DNA from: Desulfomicrobium sp.
GTDB lineage: Bacteria > Desulfobacterota > Desulfovibrionia > Desulfovibrionales > Desulfomicrobiaceae
Direction of reading: 5' to 3'
NCBI GenBank assembly: GCA_024709365.1
Contig: JANJWV010000239.1
Location: forward strand, 1-61,832
Length of the DNA stretch: 61,832 bases
A model generated the notes under the pieces. That model saw only the letters and a list, made by a program, of their open reading frames with translations, searched no databases and was not told the origin of the DNA. Below are positions 56,503 to 61,832 of this stretch, in pieces (position 1 is the stretch's first letter; each line of letters opens with the position of its first letter). The position numbers were made by a program, and so were the translations under genes.

Positions 56503-57648
56503 TCAAACTTCCTCCCCCGAACACAATCCCTGCCCGTCGTCTTCGTTGCCGGCAGATCGCGCCAGGACCTCACAGCGCAGCTGCAGCAGCACCTCGGCAC
56601 TCTTCGGGCCCTGGTCGCGATGCTTTTCCGGCAACCGCACGGCCTTGATCAGATGCAGCTCCGCCTCGGCCCGCGCCCGCACGTCCCCGCCGCCGTCGGC
56701 GACGACCAGCCTGAAGAACGGCTCCACGATCCCCGCCTTGTCCAGTTCCAGCAGCATCCGCACCCTGGTGGAGGCCCGGAGCTCCCCGTAGCGCCCCGCG
56801 GCCATGTGCCAGCGCGCGGCCAGGCGCCCCGCAGCGCGATAACGGTTCGGCAGGCGCAGGCGCAGGGCCAGGGTATCGGACAGCTCCTGGCCCGTATCCT
56901 CGTGCCCGAAATGATGCGGCAGCATGTCCGGCGGGGTGAGGGTCTTGCCCAGGTCGTGGCAGAGGGCCATCCACGCGCCCACTGTCTCGCCGGCGCAGCG
57001 GTCCATGACGCGGGCCGTGTGCTCCAGCACGCTCGCGTCGTGGAAGGCCGGCGGTCCGGCGGGAATGGCGTCGGCGGCCTGGAATTCGGCCAGCCACGGC
57101 GCGAGACAGCCGCCGTCGCGCAGAACGCGCAGAAAATTGCCCGGAGCAGGCGCGGCGCAGGCCTTCAAGACCTCCTGCCCGACACGCTCGGCCGCGACCC
57201 GCCCCAGATCAGGCGCAACGGTCCGCATGGCAGCCAGAAGATCCGCGTGGACCGAAAAACCGGGAAAGGCGGCGGCGAACCGGGCCGCACGGACGGCGCG
57301 CAGGGGGTCGGCCAGGAAATTGGCCTGGGCCACGGGGCGCAGGATGCCGTCGCGCAGGTCCGTCAGGGCCAGGGGATGGGCCAGGAGACGGCCGTCCTCG
57401 TCCTCGGCCAGGGCGTTGACCGTCAGGTCGCGGGAGGCCAGGTCCTCCTCGATGGTCGGGTATTCGGAGATCGTGTACTGGCTGCCGCCGCGCACGAAGA
57501 CCGGGATGCCCTGCCCGACCCTCGTCAGGCCCGGAACGCGCCGCCGAAGCTCGGCCTCGGTCCCGCCCACGGCGACGTAGTCGAGGTCCACGGGGGAGAG
57601 CCCCAGGACCTTGTCGCGCACCGCGCCGCCCACGAGATAGATCCGCAT
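56503..57648 (-). CDS. Class II tRNA nucleotidyltransferase with HD domain (probably CC-adding)
   Basis: YLVGGAVRD..DLD, EDL.SRDLTVNA, DPLR..RAARF, ERV..E..K, LCHDLGK. Confidence 0.85.
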   Translation of the reverse strand: MRIYLVGGAVRDKVLGLSPVDLDYVAVGGTEAELRRRVPGLTRVGQGIPVFVRGGSQYTISEYPTIEEDLASRDLTVNALAEDEDGRLLAHPLALTDLRDGILRPVAQANFLADPLRAVRAARFAAAFPGFSVHADLLAAMRTVAPDLGRVAAERVGQEVLKACAAPAPGNFLRVLRDGGCLAPWLAEFQAADAIPAGPPAFHDASVLEHTARVMDRCAGETVGAWMALCHDLGKTLTPPDMLPHHFGHEDTGQELSDTLALRLRLPNRYRAAGRLAARWHMAAGRYGELRASTRVRMLLELDKAGIVEPFFRLVVADGGGDVRARAEAELHLIKAVRLPEKHRDQGPKSAEVLLQLRCEVLARSAGNEDDGQGLCSGEEV

Positions 57649-59900
57649 CAACCCTCCGCGCGTTCCCTTTGCATCCCCGCGCGCACGCAGCGCAGGACGT
57701 CGAAATCGAACTCCCCGCCCAATGCCTCGGCCACCTGGGACAGCCCCCCGTAACCCTTGCGCCGCGGGGACTCCAGTTCTTCCTGGATGCGGGATAACTG
57801 CGCCCTGGTCAACCCCGTGACCTCCACGGCCGAAGCGAGCCCCAGGGACACGGCCTTGGTCAGGTGGGCGTAGACCGTGGCCGCCTTGAGCCCCCGCAGG
57901 TCAGCCGCGCCCTGCACGGACCCGGCCTGCCGGAAGCAGTCCAGGCTGGCCTGCTCCGTGGAGGAGAGGCCTTCCTCCCGGACGCGGACCTTCTCCACGC
58001 GCGGCGCAGGCAGAGGCGGGAGCCCTTCCGGGCGGCCATGCGCGTCCTCGTGCCGCCGCAGGGCCTCCACGAAGCGTTCCCCGTAGGCCGAGAGCTTCAT
58101 GCGGCCGACGCCGGCGATGCACAGCAGGTCGTCAATGCTGCCGGGCCTGAACCTGACCATCTCCAGGAGCGTCTTGTCCGCGAACACGGCGTAGGGCGGC
58201 ACGTCCTGCTCCCTGGATATCTGCAGCCGCAACGCGCGCAGGCTTTCCCACAGCGTCCGTTCCTCTTCGGATACCGGCTGCGCCTCGCCGGATGGAGCCT
58301 GGCCGGCCGGCGCTGCGACAGCCCTGCGGCTCCGTGCGGCCGGCACGGGGTCCCGGCGCAGGGAAACCGGCAGGCGGCCCTTCATGACCTCCCAGCTGCG
58401 GGCGTTGAGCTTCAATGCGCCGTAGCCTTCGAGATCCACGTCGGCCAGGCCCGCGGCCACCAGCTGCCTGTAGACGCTCAGCCATTCGGCCCGCGAGAGC
58501 TCCGTGCCCACGCCGAAGGTCGAAAGCTGCGCGTGCCCCCAGCGCTCCACGGCCCGCGTCGCCTTGCCGGCCAGCACGTCGGCCAGGTGCCCGACCCCGA
58601 AGCCTTCGCGCACGCGGAAGATGTTGGACAGGGCCTTCTGGGCCGCCACGGTGCCGTCCCAGGTCTCGACGGGGTCCAGGCAGGTGTCGCAGTTGCCGCA
58701 GGGCTCGGGGAGGTCCTGGCCGAAGTAGCGCAGCAGGACCTGACGCCGGCAGCCGGCCGTTTCGCAGTAGCCCAGCAGGGCCGTCAGCTTCTGCTGCTTG
58801 AGGCGCTCGTGGCGCTTGCGGGCCTCGCCGTCGCCGTGGGGCGCGGGCATGGCGGCGTCGTCCATGGCCACCAGACGGCGCAGCATGGCGATGTCGCCCA
58901 GGCCGTAGGTCATCCAGGCAACGGCGGGCAGGCCGTCGCGGCCCGCGCGTCCCGTTTCCTGGTGGTCGGCCTCCAGGCTCGTGGGCGGGTCCACGTGGGC
59001 CACGAAACGGACATTGGGCTTGTCCACGCCCATGCCGAAGGCCACGGTGGCGACCATGACCACGCCCTCCTCGCGCATGAACCGCTCCTGGTTGGCCTCG
59101 CGCGCGGCGGCGGAAAGGCCGGCGTGGTACGGCAGGGCCGTGAACCCTTCCCCTGCCAGGGCCTGGGCCGTGGCCTCGACCTTCTTGCGTGACATGCGGT
59201 AGACGATCCCGGCCTCACCCGCAGGACGGGAGCGCAGGAAGGCCAGGAGCTGCTGCTCGGGCCGGTCCTTGAGGGTCACGAGGTAGCGGATGTTGGGCCG
59301 GTCGAAGCCCGAGGCGAAGACGCGGGCCGAGTCCAGGCGCAACTGGCGGATGATGTCCGCGCGGGTCATGTCGTCGGCCGTGGCCGTCAGGGCCAGGCGC
59401 GGCACCCCGGGGAAGAGGTCGGCCAGCTCCCCCAGGCGGGTGTACTCGGGCCGGAAGTCGTGGCCCCACTGGGACACGCAGTGGGCCTCGTCGATGGCGA
59501 AGAGGGCCAGGGGGACGCGCGCGAGGCGGTCCAGAAAGCCCGGCGCGAAGACGCGTTCGGGGGCGACGTAGAGCAGGTCGAGGCGTCCGGCCATGAGCTC
59601 GGCCTCCACCTCGCGGGCCCGGGCCGGGTCCAGGGAGGAATTGAGGCAGGCCGCGCGAACGCCGTTCTGGGTCAGGCCCTGCACCTGGTCGCGCATGAGG
59701 GCGATGAGCGGGGAGACGACGACGGCCGTGCCGGGACGGACCAGGGCCGGGATCTGGTAGCACAGGGACTTGCCCCCGCCCGTGGGCATGAGGACCACGG
59801 CGTCCCGGCCGGCCAGGACGGTCTCGATGACCGCCTCCTGGGGGCCCTGAAAGGCGTCGTAGCCGAAAACCGAGCGGAGGACTTCAAGGGGCGTGGGCAT
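57648..59900 (-). CDS. recQ: ATP-dependent DNA helicase RecQ
   Basis: PTGGGKSLCYQ, DEAHCVSQWGHDFRP, TATA, AFGMG.DK, QETGRAGRDG, Zn/RQC, HRDC, C-terminal HTH. Confidence 0.96.
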   Translation of the reverse strand: MPTPLEVLRSVFGYDAFQGPQEAVIETVLAGRDAVVLMPTGGGKSLCYQIPALVRPGTAVVVSPLIALMRDQVQGLTQNGVRAACLNSSLDPARAREVEAELMAGRLDLLYVAPERVFAPGFLDRLARVPLALFAIDEAHCVSQWGHDFRPEYTRLGELADLFPGVPRLALTATADDMTRADIIRQLRLDSARVFASGFDRPNIRYLVTLKDRPEQQLLAFLRSRPAGEAGIVYRMSRKKVEATAQALAGEGFTALPYHAGLSAAAREANQERFMREEGVVMVATVAFGMGVDKPNVRFVAHVDPPTSLEADHQETGRAGRDGLPAVAWMTYGLGDIAMLRRLVAMDDAAMPAPHGDGEARKRHERLKQQKLTALLGYCETAGCRRQVLLRYFGQDLPEPCGNCDTCLDPVETWDGTVAAQKALSNIFRVREGFGVGHLADVLAGKATRAVERWGHAQLSTFGVGTELSRAEWLSVYRQLVAAGLADVDLEGYGALKLNARSWEVMKGRLPVSLRRDPVPAARSRRAVAAPAGQAPSGEAQPVSEEERTLWESLRALRLQISREQDVPPYAVFADKTLLEMVRFRPGSIDDLLCIAGVGRMKLSAYGERFVEALRRHEDAHGRPEGLPPLPAPRVEKVRVREEGLSSTEQASLDCFRQAGSVQGAADLRGLKAATVYAHLTKAVSLGLASAVEVTGLTRAQLSRIQEELESPRRKGYGGLSQVAEALGGEFDFDVLRCVRAGMQRERAEG

Positions 59901-59936
59901 GGAAAAACCTCGGGAAGACTGTTGGGACCGGGCTTT

Positions 59937-59966
59937 GGCCTACAGGACGCCCGAAGCCTCTGTCAA
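59937..59966 (-). promoter_or_regulatory. Putative sigma70 promoter of recQ-cca
   Basis: TTGACA-18-TAGGCC upstream of the ATG at 59900. Confidence 0.35.
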
Positions 59967-60228
59967 AGCGCAGAGACGGCGCGATGCAAAAATGCCGATG
60001 CGACCTGACCCGGGGCCGACTTCCACTCGGGAGTCGTCAGGAGTTTGCGGGGCGGCACCGGCGACTGAGGCCGTAGTGGTCCCCGCCGGCAGGAGACCGC
60101 CGCGCGCGGCGTGCGGCCCCGCCCGCCGCCACGTCCACCCTGCGGCTTGTCCTCGCCGCCGGGCCCATGTATGTGCCGCACATCGGACGCGCGGCGTCTT
60201 CCCTTCATCATCTTACCACTGACGCGAC

Positions 60229-61113
60229 ATGACCCTCTACGCACTGCTCGGCGCCCTGGAACAGGGCTTCCTTTACGGCATCATGGCCCTCGGGGTGTAC
60301 CTGACATTCCGCATCCTCGATTTCCCGGACCTGACCGTGGACGGCAGCCTGCCGCTGGGGGCCTCGGTCAGCGCCGTGACCATCACGGCCGGGCACAGCC
60401 CCTACCTGGCCCTGGCCCTGGCCACGGCGGCCGGGTTCGCGGCCGGGGCCGTGACGGCGCTGCTGAACACCAAGCTCAAGATTCTGCACCTGCTGGCCTC
60501 GATCCTGACCATGATCTCCCTCTACTCCATCAACATCCGCATCATGGGCGGCCCCAACGTGGCCCTGCTGGGCACGCCCTCGGTGCTGACGGACCTGGAG
60601 GGTCTTGGCCTGCCCCTCTTCCAGGTCACGCCGGCCTTCTTCTTCCTCGTGGCCGCGGCCGTCACGGCGGCTCTCATCTGGTTCCTTCACACGGAGTACG
60701 GCCAGGCCATGCTGGCCACGGGCGACAACCGGCAGATGATCACGGCCCTGGGCGTGAACACGGACAACGTCATCATCTTCGGGGTGGGCCTGTCCAACGC
60801 CCTGGTGGCCTTCAGCGGCGCCCTCATCGCCCAGAACCAGGGCGCGGCCGACGTGAACATGGGCGTGGGCACCATCGTCGCCGGCCTGGCCTCGGTCATC
60901 CTCGGCGAAACGATCTTCGGCAAGGCGACCATCGCCCGTGCCTGCATCGCCGTCATCGTCGGCTCCGCGGCCTACCGCACGGTCATCGCCCTGGCCCTGG
61001 GCCTCGATCTCGGCGGGTTCTCCTTCACGCCAAGCGACCTGAATCTCATCACCGCCTTCCTGGTCATCATCGCCCTGAGCCTGCCCATGCTCAAAAGGAG
61101 GTTCGCACGATGA
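60229..61113 (+). CDS. ABC transporter permease (COG4120-type, putative aromatic amino acid uptake)
   Basis: FRILDFPDLTVDGS, LYSINIRIMG, SNALVA, ADVNMGVG..GLASVILGE. Confidence 0.88.
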   Translation: MTLYALLGALEQGFLYGIMALGVYLTFRILDFPDLTVDGSLPLGASVSAVTITAGHSPYLALALATAAGFAAGAVTALLNTKLKILHLLASILTMISLYSINIRIMGGPNVALLGTPSVLTDLEGLGLPLFQVTPAFFFLVAAAVTAALIWFLHTEYGQAMLATGDNRQMITALGVNTDNVIIFGVGLSNALVAFSGALIAQNQGAADVNMGVGTIVAGLASVILGETIFGKATIARACIAVIVGSAAYRTVIALALGLDLGGFSFTPSDLNLITAFLVIIALSLPMLKRRFAR

Positions 61114-61832
61114 TCCGCGCCACCGGACTGAACAAGTATTTTCACCGGGGCAGTGTGAACGAAGTGCACAGCATCCGGGACCTGTCCATCGACATCGAAC
61201 AGGGCGACTTCATCACCATCATCGGCTCCAACGGGGCCGGCAAGTCGACCTTCCTGTCCTGCCTGGCCGGGACCCACGCCCTGGACTCGGGCACCATCGC
61301 CGTCGACGGCACCGACGTGACCCGCTGGCCCGAGCACCGGCGCGCCCGCTTCATCGGCCGCGTCTTCCAGGACCCCCTCATGGGCACCTGTGCCGGCGGC
61401 TCCATCGCCCAGAACATGGCCCTGGCCCTGAAGCGCGGCCAGCGGCGCGGCCTGTCGCGCGGCGTCAAGCCCGCCGACCGGGATCTTTTCCGCGAACGCC
61501 TGCAGGTGCTGGGCCTGGGCCTCGAAAACCGGCTCCAGGACCGGGCGGGGCTGCTCTCGGGCGGCCAGCGCCAGGCCCTGACCATGGTCATGGCCACCCT
61601 GGTGCGCCCGGAACTGCTGCTTCTGGACGAGCACACGGCGGCCCTGGACCCCAAGACCGCGGCCCAGATCCTCAAGCTGACCGAGAACATCGTCACGGCC
61701 GGCGGCCTGACCACCCTCATGGTCACCCACAACATGCAGCAGGCCCTGGCCCTGGGGAACCGGCTGATCATGATGCACCGCGGCCGCGTCATCTTCGACG
61801 TGCGCGGACAGGACAAGGCGGCCCTGACGGTC
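61110..61832 (+). CDS. ABC transporter ATP-binding protein (COG1101-type), truncated by window end
   Basis: Not in the ORF track; ATGA overlap; GSNGAGKST, RVFQDP, LSGGQRQAL, LLDEHTAALDP, VTHN. Confidence 0.9.
   Translation, partial: MIRATGLNKYFHRGSVNEVHSIRDLSIDIEQGDFITIIGSNGAGKSTFLSCLAGTHALDSGTIAVDGTDVTRWPEHRRARFIGRVFQDPLMGTCAGGSIAQNMALALKRGQRRGLSRGVKPADRDLFRERLQVLGLGLENRLQDRAGLLSGGQRQALTMVMATLVRPELLLLDEHTAALDPKTAAQILKLTENIVTAGGLTTLMVTHNMQQALALGNRLIMMHRGRVIFDVRGQDKAALTV

Noticed and set aside
60078-60101. Cobalamin riboswitch suggested by GTCCCCGCC..GCAGGAGACCGCC
   Set aside because: GGGAA, the GGTG-AA-TCC T-loop and ACTGT core elements are missing, and the downstream genes are not B12-related
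1026-61816. Many long overlapping ORFs in the track (e.g. 1026-2918, 3160-5550, 14314-16008, 23347-25215, 51238-53556)
   Set aside because: Antisense or off-frame shadows of recognisable genes in GC-rich DNA; low-complexity composition and no motifs

Overview
GC-rich chromosomal backbone from a sulfate-reducing deltaproteobacterium (Desulfovibrionales, Desulfomicrobium-like; inferred from gene content and protein style). About 55 CDS and one tRNA-Gln(UUG). I saw no IS element, integrase, prophage, rRNA or CRISPR array. Housekeeping blocks: nadC-nadA-nadB; carD-rho-nadE-bepA-yajC-secD-secF; degP-ispE-tRNA-Gln-prs-rplY-pth; gcvT-rsmE; corC-lnt-prfB; dapF-dapA; pyrR; deoC-deoB; recQ-cca. The best hidden signal, missed by the ORF track, is a 283-codon exported selenoprotein candidate at 44651-45502. 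It has a signal peptide, a C-P-S-U motif read through an in-frame TGA (44780-44782), and a SECIS-like hairpin with a bulged U. Its UshA/metallophosphoesterase-like scaffold appears to have lost the metal ligands. It ends a tightly packed same-strand run (PilZ-like, corC, lnt, frameshifted prfB, GGDEF, flhG-like), so two different UGA-recoding events lie within 3 kb. Other leads: a probable CC-adding tRNA nucleotidyltransferase, a membrane-anchored TPR protein with a CCHC zinc knuckle, a TSUP transporter cluster with a catalytically stripped PEP-synthase-like protein behind Rex-like boxes, a sigma54 promoter with repeated upstream sites in front of degP, an SPFH/zinc-ribbon pair, a DUF2868/GTPase-like pair, and a GAF-only gene with an orphan mreB. 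All family calls are from motif recognition by eye; no searches were run.
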